NCBI GenBank assembly: GCA_051294905.1
Contig: CM119376.1
Location: 25,234,001 to 25,298,000, forward strand
Source of the DNA: Botryllus schlosseri
Taxonomy: Eukaryota
Direction of reading: 5' to 3'
Length of the DNA stretch: 64,000 nucleotides
Part shown: positions 22,701-36,157 of the stretch, piece after piece
Numbering within the stretch: the first letter of the stretch is position 1
How the letters are laid out: each line of letters opens with the position of its first letter
Position numbers and translations under genes: made by a program
The notes under the pieces: generated by a model
The model's database searches: none
The model's input: the letters and a program-made list of their open reading frames with translations, nothing else
What the model was told of the DNA's origin: nothing

Positions 22701-24771
22701 AATTATTCACGCACACCATAATCCATGATAGATTACCCCTTCCCTCGCAACCGTTCCAGCTATTTCGACCCCTCCAAACATATTCCGAAAGTCGAAATAT
22801 TACATGGCTAGGCACTGCTCGGACATTTGGACAATGAGAGTCCTATGTAAACAAGAAACATTCGTATTGTATCGACATACTTTCTTTAAAAGTTTCTGTA
22901 TAGTACTCACTCGCGTGACTAAGTAATACTGATATAACGAATGGTCATTTTCAACCCCCCTTGACTATTTGTCTTTAAATTTCATCCCCCTAATCTCCGA
23001 TATTGTTTTTAATTCAGATGCTCCTCTACTCCGTCATGATATTATCATTACATGGTACTATCATGTCGCGAAAATTTCTTCTTTTCGATTGAGATCGATG
23101 TGGGAAATTCAGAGAGCTTTAGTGATCAATTAAATTGAATAAAAGAGACGGACTCCTTACTTCATAATCGGTAACAAATATTATCAGTTTTAGAAAGTTC
23201 ACACATTTGCAAACATGGAAACAAATACATTAGAGGGTTTACGATGCGATAATAATATATTCAGACTAATATGAGCTTGTATTGGATTAAATACGAGAAA
23301 CCGATAGTAATGCTCCTACCCAATTCTGAAATATCTTAAGTTAGACCCCAAATTGTTTGGAGGTAAATTCTTTATTATATTTAAAACATCGTCTTCTATA
23401 TCATTATACTTGGAGCATGTATCTTTATCATATTTATACTCTCAGCTCTGGATGCGTTATGAATTTGGCTGAAATATATGACCACAGAGAAGTTATTTAG
23501 CAATGAAAATTAGTATTAATCCTCAGCGGCCCACCGGGTGGTATATTTGTGGACTTTTAGTTTGTAATCCAACTGTAGACGATATATAGACTACTTGAAA
23601 ATTATTTATTCAGAATTTTGATGACTTCTCTGACTGATTATGTTTATGTATTGATAAGACGCAGTTACTAGTCAGCCTAACATGTGTGCTTACCATTGAC
23701 ACCCTTGGATTCTTCACGACGCTTACGTAATGTATTTCAAGGAGTTGGACAGCGATGTACCTGTGCGTCACGTCAATGCGATTTAGCGGATAGCTTATAC
23801 TGAACGATGATATCGTCGATTTTCCAAACAAACAATTCTAAAGGTTTTGTCGCTGGGTTTGGACTATGAAAACAATTTGTATTATCGAATAGCGCGATTT
23901 CTTAAACCCCCGTGCGATACAAAGGTGTTTATTCAACAAGCTCTTGTACCGCCCGTGCGATGTACCAGCAAAATACTGTCAATCGTTCTTTCTTGTACAG
24001 ATTACTGATAGGTTTATCACGATAATGCTCGATTCAAAGTTCGATACAAGGTCTAAAATCAGATGGTACAGTATTAGAAAACTCCTACCCGCGAGTAATA
24101 ATATTTGAAACAAAATGGCGCTCAAGGTTATGCGGATAGATTCTATATTAAATTATAGATCATGCTCAGAATGTTTCGCACTATCACCCTAACCATGACA
24201 TTTTTCTTTTCATATTTTCAATCTGCGCCTTTTCATCGTGATATTGGAAGTGGCACAGACTACAGACACACATTCATTGTTAGATATTTTCTTATACTCA
24301 TTTGTCGCTATTTGTTTGTCTGGGATTCGCACGACTTTATGAAGAGTGGTCTCTAAAAATCTTATTTGTCAGCGCAATTCACCAGTTTTTCTAAATTGTT
24401 CCCACTACTTAATTACGGCAAATACTGTAATTGTAATCCAAGCAGAAATAGCCTTATTTACACCAGCAGCGCTCACGGTATTGTCATATTTGCTACCAAA
24501 TATTATGTACAATATTAATATTGAAACCTACCATATGCCAACTCTCCAGGAAAGTTAATAAAAATATTTCTGTAGGTTCAAAACGATCAAATTAACTTCA
24601 AATTCTAAGTACATACTTCCCATACTAACGTATAACAATCATTCACATTAGCATTCACAATAAATAGTACTCACTTGTTCCCGATGTCTGCATAATTGAA
24701 ACCATACCAGGTGGACCCGGATGAGGAGAACTGAATGTGACAGGCTGGCTCTGCGTTGGAGATTGAATCAT
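16769..24771 (-). CDS. Pax1/9: Paired-box transcription factor Pax1/9 (paired domain + octapeptide, no homeodomain), about 480 aa
   Basis: complement(join(16769..16857,17820..18165,18426..18649,20440..21126,24675..24771)); phases are consistent, 1443 nt. Paired domain [79 protein letters not shown] is Pax1/9 type; octapeptide HSVNEILG. The paired exon is secure, the three 3' exons are well supported by splice signals and frame, and exon 1 (24675-24771) is tentative. An alternative in-frame ATG lies at 21163. Confidence 0.93.
17320..17394 (+). repeat. 75-bp dispersed repeat (inverted copy at 33855-33928)
   Basis: Both copies share GAAGTCTTCTAGGCCGGAGTCA and flanking GGGAGACC..GATATG and TTTGGCAG.ATTAA. 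Confidence 0.8.
19418..19510 (+). repeat. Dispersed SINE/LINE-3'-end-like repeat, copy A
   Basis: Core CGGTGTCTT..AAA.GCCTAGAAGTGGGCCGTGC..CAA.TCGGCAG...TATCGGCCTGGTGTAAAT shared with copies at 40897, 41597 and 59065. Confidence 0.8.
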
Positions 24772-25024
24772 GTTGAACGCAGTGTTTTTTTCAACGCCTC
24801 AAGTTACTTCGCAAGACTTCACTTCAATAGGGTTTGGGTGAAATGGGAAAGACCAATTCTTGATTACAACTGAGCCGGTACCTTCTCTTGAATTTCAGTC
24901 TTATTGGAATGAAGCTGTAGCCAAAATGCTGGTCTCTTCTGTATATGGTTTCCTTATAGAGAAGTAAACTCCACTAGAAGATTTCCGAAGAAATGGAACA
25001 ATAGATTTCATATAGGAATGTTTC

Positions 25025-25031
25025 TTATATA
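25025..25031 (-). promoter_or_regulatory. Candidate TATA box of Pax1/9
   Basis: TATATAA on the minus strand about 250 bp upstream of the tentative ATG at 24771. Motif only. Confidence 0.25.
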
Positions 25032-28000
25032 AAAAGCGAATGAGTATTTCAACGAAAAAAGTAGGTTCTTCGCTCCGTCATCACCACGTAGCTCGCGATG
25101 GGTTTTGGGGTGAAGAGAGAAAAAATGGGTAAAGTCGGAGGGTTGTTTTCTCAAGAGCGCTCTTCGCTGCATTTCGGTGTGGCTATGGAAAATGTAATCC
25201 GTCGAATATGTCAGTGCTTTGACTTCAATTTCACCACCCAGTAACTGTGAATAGATTAATTATATGTAACTTATGGAAAATATATCTCGCTAAGACAACT
25301 CGCTACAATGTTAATAGCAAATTATGTAATGTTTGGGGAAAGCAGTAATTGGTCCGTGCACCTGCAAACATATGATTAAATCCAATTTGGTTTTTGTGGT
25401 AGCTCTATGTATGAATTTATTGCGGATGTGTCGGATATTGTATGAATTCACACCTTGGAGGATTGTAAAGAACGTATGACAATATAACACAAATAAGTAA
25501 TTAATCAAGTCCACGGATCTATTTGAATTCGTCGCTTATATTGTGGGATAGGAGGTTAAAATATGTAGCTCAAACATTTACTATATTTCGAATTTCCCTG
25601 ATTGATCAAATCAAAGTTTTTGCTACGAAGTTCCGCTCCATCTCTCACTCTTCGCATTTTCTGATCTGTTCCTCATTTTCAAGCATCGGTCCGATCTTTT
25701 ATTGCGATACCCGAGATTTGCTCGAATTTCTATAGGTATTGATGAGAGCTTCATGTCTTTTCCACGCATGCATCGCTAATCCCCTATTTTGCTAAGCATA
25801 CAATACGGCTTCGAATGATCGCAATCCATCAAATATTATTGTTCGGGGCAGTTATGTTTTGTTCGATATTCATTTGTTTACTACTTTTTACTTCAACGTA
25901 TCCGTATCTGTTCACAACTCATATTTAATAACTCTGGAGAATGTTTATATAGATTGAACTTTTTTCTCTTGAAAATCTGAATAATTGCTGATGTCGTGGG
26001 AAAGGTTTCCATTTTCTGTTCATTTGGGTTTTCATCACGCGTTTGTTATCTATTTTATGGATTTGAGGTGGGAGATCTTTCATGATGTTATATTTTCTTT
26101 GGTCCTCGTGCTACCCGCTATGATATCGGGACACCATGGGTCACTTGTAAACAAAAACTCAATATAGATTGCAATGTCTGCGTACTTTCGGCTTTGTTTC
26201 GATCTGCCGTTAACTCGCTATCGTAAGACTTTGAGCAATGAGTTTATCGTCTTGAAGGGGATGGTAAATCATTGAGAATATAAACATCTCTATACGCAGG
26301 AAACTGTGTCTATATATATATACTATTCATAAATCACCTCGCGAATGTGTTACTATGATGGTGTTATACAGTATACACATTACACAACGCATACAGGATT
26401 ATTTGTAATGGAATTTGTTTTAGACCTATTTGTAGCGGACATAATCTGACAGCATTGGTTTTTTAGAACAAATGAAATCTAAAAATCTCATCCGATCTCC
26501 AACTATGTTTATGCGCACACCGCAACAATAAAGGAACCAATCGCAAAATCCGCGAAACAAAGGAAAACGTATGAAGAAAATTACAGGAACAGCCTTGGTA
26601 TGCGCAGACATAGAATACAAACGATTTCATTAATGATTATGATTATTCAAATCGAATGACATCCCATCTACATGGATTCTTAAACGAGCAGGGTAGTCCA
26701 AGCCTGAGATTTGCGTTCGTTTCCGAAATCCGAACATTGCGAACTGAGAGGCTCGGGTTCACGAGCTTGCGAAAGTATTTCATGCCTTAGGACAGATTTT
26801 GTCACAATATTCACGTGCAAAGTCAGCATATGCATAAACTTGGTGATTAATATGTCATTTTGACAATTATGTTAGCTCACAAATGTACCAGATCAAGATG
26901 ATTAGAAACCGACATCGCGGGCCGCGCGCCATTCAAAATTGTTCGGGCCGCAGGTTGCATAAGTACATTGTACATTGTTCGTTCTGCAATGTGCATCCCC
27001 ACCCCCAGCGGGGCATATTGCCAAGGTTGATGAATCACGTCACCACAGTTGGCGGTGTATTGCGTGATAAGAAATAGGTTGGAAAGCTGTCCTTAGTGTA
27101 TTTGTCATAATCGTGGGTATCACTTAGAACTACGGCTGTTACGACTAGTTATCTCTACTTTACGTGAACCTATAGGCATCGTCATGGTATGATTACTCTC
27201 GTTGCAGCTTTTTAATTCTGACACCATTTCGTTCAAATTTTCACAATTGAGCTGCGTCGACGGTATACGTTCTGCCGAGGGTTAACCAGATCCACAGTGC
27301 CCACATACCACAACATAGCGCATATAGCCAACAGATATATACAATATACATATACGTAATCTGGATGTCGGATTCTTTACAGAGTGGACATACATTTTTG
27401 CCGGAAGTGCCGAGCGGCGACAGAATTCTGTAAATCTAAATTACGAAAAAGACTTTTTGCCTGCCTGCATTGAAAGTTTCGAACCGTCCTAACCTCGTCG
27501 TGTTTTGTAATCTACAAACCACCGCACCTTAACCGGATTTCATGGCATATTTCTATATCTCAACGATGCCAAGTTATAGCGGGATTGTCCATGACAAGCT
27601 CGTCAGAGCTTAATTTCGAACAGGGTTGTTTTCGGAACCGAATCTACAAAAACTCCGATGATCCGTATATTACCATGATAGCCACACGTTTCCATAACGA
27701 CGCATGGTGTGCGCTGTGAGGACGCTTGTACATTATGATACTGCAATGAACTGGATTAGTTTTAATTGAGTGTGATGACTGCGTATATATGTCAATATAA
27801 TAATTATTGTGTTGTCGTCGTTTGCTGAGTGGGACAACAATGTCAAGGCTTGGATTTCGTGATGTGAACACGGGGCATCGATGGTGTTAAATTTACGCCA
27901 TGCTGTCTCGAGTTTACTCAACTGAATCCCGCTAATAGAGCGGATAGCTCTATTTCAATATTTGAGTGTTTTAATAATTATCGCCTGTCAAATCGTGTCG

Positions 28001-28181
28001 AGGCGATCCTGTCGCATTGAGTATCGATGGAGCAAGTAGGTTTCAAGACTAGCAATGTTTTAGTTACCGGAATCGCTTCAACATTATTGAAAATTACTTC
28101 ATTAATTAGGGACGGTTAATTGCAAATCTTCGTTAACCCGGTCTTCAAATATAAAATCTTTTCGTGGCGTAGTCTCTATAC

Positions 28182-29027
28182 CAGTGGTTCTCAACCTTTT
28201 TGTCTTCACGGACCCCCGAAGTTTTAGTTCAAATTTATTTCAATCATCGTACAATCGTCATCTGTTTTGTGCAAATAATATCTCTAGGCTATAGTGATAA
28301 ATAGCAACAAACAGAATTTTCTTTAAAATAACATCATATACTATTTACGTAGAAATTGGGCTAATTTCAAAGTGAATTTTGCAACTGCATTTTATGAAAT
28401 ACGTAGTCGGGTCTTGAAAATCCGCGCCTTCGATTTGATATGAACGACTGTAGCCGAAAATCCTCTTCCACAAAGATAGGTGGTTGCGAACGTAATAATA
28501 ACGCGTAACCCTTCCGACGACGCATTTGGGCATGATCGCAACAAAAATGGCATCAAGACTGACAAACAAATTTTAATGGATTGGAAATATAACGGCAAGC
28601 CTTGTCATTTCTATCAAGCAGCTCATCTTGAAGTTATCATGGAAAAATGGTTATATCGCGAGAGAGAATGTTTTTTTGTAAACATTACGAAGTCACCGTG
28701 ATTGACCTTGCTAATCCAACTTTTTATTTTTTGCACAATCCCCCGAAAATATCTCTAAACAGCAAAATATATGTATCAGTAGGTAATGGTAATTTAGCAA
28801 TTAAAATGAGTATAGACAGTAGGATATTTCATCTCAGAGGGCCATTCTGTTGATGTGAGTTCTAGTCTAACTAGTAATCAAGCGAAACTGTCTCGCGATT
28901 TTCCTAATTTAAAAAATGCAAATTCGGTTACCAACGATTTTGAAAATTTAGAGGCTTCGCGGACCCCCTGAAAATGCTTTGCGGACCCCCTGAAAATGCT
29001 TTGCGGACCCCCGGTTGAGAACCGCTG
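28182..29027. mobile_element. hAT-type MITE, 846 bp
   Basis: TIRs CAGTGGTTCTCAACC / GGTTGAGAACCGCTG. 8-bp TSD CTCTATAC/GTCTATAC (7/8). Subterminal tandem GCGGACCCCCTGAAAATGCTTT repeats at about 28959-29012. Confidence 0.88.
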
Positions 29028-32000
29028 GTCTATACCAGTCGCATTAATCACGACGTGCGTCGTCGGGTAATCATCTGCAACCTTATTCCCGCAACGCGAC
29101 TCACACGAGACTTTCAAAAACCTGCCTTTTCGAAGCGAAATGTCAAATGCTGCTATATTCTGTAATACAATACAGTGCCACGGGAGTGACTAACCATTTT
29201 TTTTTCAATTATCGTTGTGCAATAAGCGTTATCCCACTGAAGGAAATAACGAAATACATGAAAGCAAATGATACATGCCCGTATTTTCGGATTGGTTTGC
29301 ATGGAGCTGATGATGTGGCTTTTAACGTCGTGTCCAACCAATTCGCGAAATATCTATTCTATTTGTGCTGTTGCTTGCTGAATTAATATAACCCGTACGT
29401 TTTCATCACTTCATATCAGAAAAGGCCATAATACTTACTGGCAGTTGACGATCACAGAAAATCCAGTTATACGGAACGTTAAAGTAAGAAGGATTTTCAC
29501 GGAAAAAACTAATTAGCCGGCAGCGCGTCGTCTGGGACCATCAATACCCTCATGTTTTCCTATGAGTCTGACATTTTGTTGTCTTTTTGGACAAGCCATC
29601 ACTCGTCGGCTCCGTGAGTCATTTTCACGCGACAAGGCATCGTCCAATGGATAGTGAGAGATTAATTTGGTATGAGTGTCTTTAGAATATATCATGTAAC
29701 CATTCCTGAAATGTACACTATTACGAACAAAACATGCGTGACCCGTAGCTTTTGCGTCACTCAAATAACGCTGTATGTAAGGTTTTCACGGGCAGACCCG
29801 TGTCATATATGAATAACCGCACTTGGCTCGGCTGCGGATTTGCGTGAGAATTTGCTGAATACGGCCTAAATCGGAAGGCGATTTTTATTGATTGGTATTT
29901 GCGTTGGCGTGCTGCGGTATCGAGAAAGTATGCCGGCGGTCTAACCCGATTGTCCTCTTGCGATAGAGGCTTGCGTATGATAAGAGAATAGTAGCGGTGA
30001 ATGAATTTTGTCTGAGGTTGTTAATATTTATTGCTACCTATAGTTGCGTGGACATGGGGTAACCTACTAAGTTAATTATTTGAAATTTTGGTTTGGAATG
30101 GAGCTTGCCAAACGTTTTTCCTCCCTCACCGGGATATACTTTTAAGTGGTTGTTGAAAGTCTCAATTCAACAAAAATTATAAACAACTGGTCCTCGAACC
30201 CGGTAAATCACGATGTGAATAATCTTTTGTTCGGTTGCACCTGTTTAACAACTTCGTTCAAATTGAACGTCTGACAAGTAACACTGAGTGACGGCTGACG
30301 GCACTCAATACTTTGTGTAGAATTGGCATTACCCCCGGCCACCCCCGTTATCGATATTGTTATATATCCTGGACGAGACATTTAGAGCCTTACAGATCCG
30401 CTTGCCTCGGGTGAAATAGTATTTTGCGCTGAAGCGCTAACTCCTCACACAACTATACTAACCAACTCACAATTTGGAAAGTTCCGAATTAGAATAATAA
30501 CTCCATACTTCTCACCTCATATATGATATGTATAGAAACAAGAGGCTGATTGAAATCTGAATCCTGTCCAATAAGTAGGCGAATTTCTATAGTGTAGCAC
30601 AACAGCTAACCAAAAGTGAAGAATTTCCGGCATTGTTAACGAATAGGACTATATCCGGCATAAAACTCTAAAAATGCATACAGCTCTCTCGTGCGATTAC
30701 AACGCATGCTCATTGTTCAATGTTCACTCACTTTCAAAATTGTAGTAGGTCAAAATTTTGCGCCTCAATTTTCGTTTGAGAAGTAACTTGAGATCACTAC
30801 ATGCGTGTAAGATTTGGACGATTTTATCCCACTTTACATGTTTAATTCACAGTTTTGTATTCAACATGAGTGCGATCACATATTGTCATTTCTTTCTCGG
30901 AACGGAACGCGCGGACATTCGTTATCCTTTGCTTACACACTAAAGTATTATGATGAATATATGATGTGAATCATCCGCGGTTTACCTTGATTAGACTTCT
31001 GTTGGGACTTGGGGCGGATTACCACGAGCGGTTACATCGCTTAATCCGATCGCGAAGGAATTTCATTGCCCAGTATTGTGGGTGGCATAGAAGTGGGTAT
31101 AGGATGTATCTCTAAATCGATTTTGTGATGACAATTCCTCTGTCACAATGAACAAGGGTGACAAGCAGTTATGGCTCATTAATTGCCGCGTATAAAGTTT
31201 CAACATTCGATAGCGCCTGAGATTGCTTATGATACATAATGCAGATGATCAATATGAAAACCTCACAACTTTTTGGACCACCTTGTGAAAAAATGTAACA
31301 TCGACAATATGTAAATTGATTCGGTATTCTTTAGATTCGCCGTTTTCCGTCACCATCACTATATAGTTTCAACTCAACCCTATTATGATCCAGCCGCTGT
31401 CTTTGATCTTCGTGTAACGGTTCAACTAACTGTTTCTGTGTGCAAAGTGAAGCCTGAAAGACGGCTAGGCCGGTAGAAGGTATTTGCGGGAGTGCAGTGA
31501 TTTGTCTCGAAAAGATTGTCACTGCTTCCGTGGCGTAGGCTTGTATAAAATCGTGTAATTGGATGTCCAGTGTCCGCATTCACAGTAGTTTGGCTCGGTG
31601 AGGTCTATGGAGAGGTGAACGCGACAATTCGAATAGTTGCTCTTCGGTGTCCATACCAGAGTGTCAATGCATTGCAATCTTTTTTGAAACTAGTGCCGCA
31701 TTTACCATCCTTTGTTGTTGTTGTTTATTAAACAAAAAGATTTGGTGATTATCGCCGGTCGGCCTTTTGCACCACGGTCAGTAACATTGTACATGAATTG
31801 TACATCATTTGTAATACACATCTCGTTTCCAACGAGGTGTATAGTCCATGCAAAATATTCAATGAATATGAAATACAAAGCGTCCAGGATTTAATTATCT
31901 GATACATCTTTCCATATCGTTGATAGCGCATGAAGTAATCTGGTTAATTCACTCCATATCTATTTCATATGCACATATTTATATTTATAAATTGAACTTC

Positions 32001-32046
32001 ACTCTCCTCCGTTCTGTTAATGCTGAGTGAATGGACTGTGTATGTA

Positions 32047-32660
32047 CAGTAGGGTTGTTCAAAAAAAACTTTTTTTTCCAAATCTCACTCGCCTACTGAC
32101 TAAATCGTCAGGTTGTCCAAGAAAACGATGCACACCAAATCTGACTCAATTCCATCCAGTCAAGGCCGTGCAATCTTGAATTGAAATTTTTAATTTATTA
32201 AAAAAAATTAAAAAAAAAATTTCTCTAATTTTTCTGTCAACCCCATGAAATTGTTGAGCTGTCTTCAAAGACGATGCAAAACAAATTTGAGTCAATTCCG
32301 ACTTGTAGAAGCGGAGTTATTCGCGTTTTTCGTTGATATTTGTCGGATTATCCTTGATCCGGGCATTATCAACGAAAAACTCAAATAGCTCCGCTTCTAG
32401 TAGTCGGAATTGACTCAAATTTGTTTTGCATCGTCTTTGAAGACAGCTCAACAATTTCATGGGGTTGACAGAAAAATTTGAGAATTTTTTTTTTTTATTA
32501 TTTTTAATAAATTAAAAATTTCAATTGAAGATTGCACGGCCTTGACTGGTTGGAATTGAGTCAAATTTGGTGTGCATCGTTTTCTTGGACAACCTGACGA
32601 TTTAGTCAGTAGGCGAGTGAGATTTGGGAAAAAAAGTTTTTTTTGAACAACCCTAAATTG
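32047..32660. mobile_element. Foldback MITE (about 290-bp arms, about 28-bp loop), TA-flanked, diverged relative of 7834-8496
   Basis: TA|CAGTAGGGTTGTTCAAAAAA ... TTTTGAACAACCCTAAATTG|TA. Arms pair inward to 32338/32367. Shares CCCCATGAAA, TCAATTCC and GCGGAGTTAT motifs with the 7834 element. Confidence 0.9.
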
Positions 32661-33854
32661 TACAGTTGTACACTTGTACAGTATCGTATACCAGTGTTAT
32701 TTCATGTCATCCTATGCCTGAATTACATTCCCCAACGTATCTCGGAGTTTCCGTACCCTACATGCCATATCATATAATTAATATAATCTCATGAAGCTTC
32801 CAGCATTTTGTGCCGTTGTTTGATTTGTTATGGCATATGCAACCAAAACAAGTATTGGCAATCAGGATTACTTTCCAAGCGGGTGTATCGCGATAGATTG
32901 CCGCGACATGGCTGTCAAGCATACAAAAATATTCTCGACGAAACCCATAGGATGCTCTTGTCGAGAAGCCCGTTCTGTTTAAAGAAAAAGATTGCGTTTT
33001 TTACTGCATGTAAAATTAATTTCCTGTTTCGTCCATCTTGATCTATAGTCCCCACAGAACCAACGCCCTGTCTTGGAGATGGATAGAAATTATTCTAAAA
33101 AAAGTAATTATGAACGCAACCTGGCAATCTCGTAAACTTATCATGACAAATTGACCGAATACCAGCCAATAAAATTCAAATAATATTGTTATTTTGATCA
33201 CGACTGCTTTCGTGTGCCCTTGAAACGTGATAGCTAAATTTATAAAACAACATATTTTAAGCTTCTCATCGACTTTTCGGTTCATTTGGAAGGACTCGTC
33301 ACGTAATATCACGCCTGGCTTAGGATTATTATTCAATGAAAAGCTTGGTTTAAGGTCTATGAATGCATTGTGATTATATGAAATCGAGTATTAAACATAT
33401 TCCTTACCACAGAATTTTGATCATTTAAGTGAAGGCCGGGTATTCCTAAACGTGAACTCTCGTGCCAATTGATGTGACAGCATGTCTAAGGTTTTGTTGA
33501 AATTATGATGATAATGACAGATTACTGGTGCTTCGTTAAGCGATGAAATTAAAATTAAGGTGGGCTACTGCAAATGTAGGGTTAGGCCTACCATATAATT
33601 CCTCCTTTTTCATGAAACTTAAAATGTCTTCCGAGGACGCCCAAATGTCCTTTCTTCTCAATTCGATTGTTCATAGACAACTCAACATGCCATAATAGAC
33701 GTGAAATCTGGATTACGACGACCAGGTTGACTAAAAAAACTCCAAAGCAATTATTAGTGGGACGGGTTGTCGGGAGTCAAGTCGGGATAATGACCTTTTT
33801 CAATAAACCCATCAATATTACCAGTACAATTTCCAAATTTCCCGTATTACTGAA

Positions 33855-33928
33855 TTAATGCTGCCAAATATGCTTGGATGACTCCGGCCTAGAAGACTTC
33901 GGACATATCTGGTCTCCCAGTATATACC
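33855..33928 (-). repeat. 75-bp dispersed repeat (copy of 17320-17394)
   Basis: Reverse complement aligns with 17320-17394 over its length, with scattered mismatches. Confidence 0.8.
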
Positions 33929-35788
33929 ACGTAGAATTTGAACGTGAATGTTTGTGGGCATTGCTTATACTATATTTCATGGTTGACGAATAAAAGAATT
34001 CTCTCTCTTTACTTCGTCTTTTGTGACTTGTAAAAAGTTTCCTCTTTTTCGGTTCGCAGAATGTGGTAACCATGGACTTCATCTAAAATTCTAAAATAAT
34101 TTTCACCAAATTAAAAATAAAAGCGTAATTTTATCTTCATTTCCCTAAATCTATATTACCGCGGTCAGATATTTAATGAGAGAATACGTTTTTAGTCCAC
34201 CCATAACGAAATCAGCCAACAAAGAAACATTTATGTGTGAGAACGAAAGATATCGTGCAGTGATTGAGTACTCGAGCGCTAATAAGATATGTATGGACTT
34301 TTGGCCACTTCCGTGTCAGTCGGATTACCATTCAAATCTACACGTGAGTATTACGAACCCAATAGGTAGAAATTATACATTTTATGTTTGTAGATATGTT
34401 GTCGGCATCGTGCTCCTGAAGGATGCTGTTTGTACTGCCGCCGGACAATGCAGGCTTGGCGATTTACGGTAATTTTTTTCACCAAATTTTGCCATCAGGT
34501 ATCCTTGATATAGTTTCTCAAGGCCATACGAGTGTATTGTTTGCTGAATAGTCACCTCAGCCTCTCGTCAAAAGGCACCGCTATTGACCGTAAGTAATTA
34601 ACCTGTATTTGTGTTACTAATGGACCGTCTCAAAACTAAATCATTTTTACCCTTTTCTGAATGACACCACTGTTGAATTTGAGTGTTATCCGTTTTGCAA
34701 TCTTCACCACAAAACTTTGTAGGCTTATATAGATTGATGACATTTATAAATAAAAGTGTAAGAAACACATCTCGATACTATCTGAAGAAGTTGTGAGAGA
34801 GCCAAATTGGGACACATAGGTACGGGATAAATCGGTGATTCCATCAGTCAGCAAGAGGATCAAGTTACGGATGACGAATTACGTACCCCACCTGCCCTAC
34901 CCATTCCTATTTGTTCTCGTAAGCAGGGAAAGTATCGCGTTTCGTTAGTCCAATAAGCAAAATGTTGTTTCACGACTTTTTTCACAAAATACCTCATTCT
35001 GGCCAGTCCCTCTCTTACGAATTTTGTCAGCTGCGTCCGGCTCCAAGAGATAGCGATGAGCAATAAATTTTTGTATCTTTCTCCCCGGATATTATCTGAG
35101 AGCGGTTCTACGCATTCTTTTCGCGAAAGCTATTAGGGATCTACCCAAATCTCAGCCATTGATTTCCGTCGACCCTCTTCGCATCTCACTGCCCCCTTAT
35201 TTGAAAACAATGAAGTCGCGCATTCCAGCGATGAGGGGTTCGACCTCCATATCGACTTTCCCTCTTGATTTATATATTTTTGCAGCAGTAAAAACCAAGA
35301 TATTTGCCCGTACAGCCGAGGTGTTCTTTACATCTCATCGAGGTTCCTAAGTCAACAGGCTGACTTGAAGAGGTCTTATTCGCGCGCGGTGCACGCTCCC
35401 TATACTTGACTATAGCTCCCACTTTTATTGATAGCAATTTTGCGGATTATATGGCTCTGGCGTCAAATAATGCGGTGAAACAACACAAGAGCAAACTCTA
35501 TATCCACAATTGAACACGCGCACGACAGAATGGTGCCTCACGTCCTACTCTCTACACAAGTCACAAGTGTCCTGATGACATATTATTTGTAATAAAAACG
35601 CATTGCATTCACAACGGCCTGCTTATATGCCATCGAATCGCATATTATCCTTGGCGATTCAACATGATTGCGTTCCGAAATGATACTGCTGTAAAAGCTT
35701 CATTTTCTTTTACTATTCATGCGACCGGTTGGTTTTATTGAGCGACTACTTCTGGTATCATTAATGCAATTGTCTCGAAATTCTAGAC

Positions 35789-36157
35789 CAGTGGTTCCCA
35801 ACCTTTTTCGCCCCATCGCCCCCTTTTCAAGGTGAACACCGATCATCGCCCCCCAAATTTTGTGTACCGAAAATTGGGCATACAAACTGTAATTACCGGC
35901 GGGTTGACTAAAAAAAAAAGGTCAAATTTCCGGCACGATGTCTAATTTGACACACTTTTTGAGCTAAATTTCCGTGTGTTGACTAAGAAAAAAAGGTCAG
36001 CCGTTTTGGCGCGTCATCGCCCCCCTATCGCCCCCTTCGCTATTTTCGCCCCCCGTCGCCCCCTTTGTCCATTTTTGCCCCCCTGTCGTCATTTTCGCCC
36101 CCCTAGACAGCCAAATCGCCCCCTGGGGGGCGATATCGCCCACGTTGGGAACCACTG
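35789..36157. mobile_element. hAT-type MITE, 369 bp, with CGCCCCC subterminal array
   Basis: TIRs CAGTGGTTCCCAAC / GTTGGGAACCACTG. Perfect 8-bp TSD TTCTAGAC (35781-35788, 36158-36165). Confidence 0.93.

Noticed and set aside
31331-31579. 82-aa minus ORF with protein-like composition
   Set aside because: Isolated, with no flanking splice pattern linking it to other exons and no known motif.
35997-36135. Regularly recurring CGCCCCC units with variable spacers (CRISPR-like look)
   Set aside because: Units are 7 bp, spacers are short, and the array lies inside a TIR/TSD-bounded MITE in a eukaryote. These are subterminal repeats.
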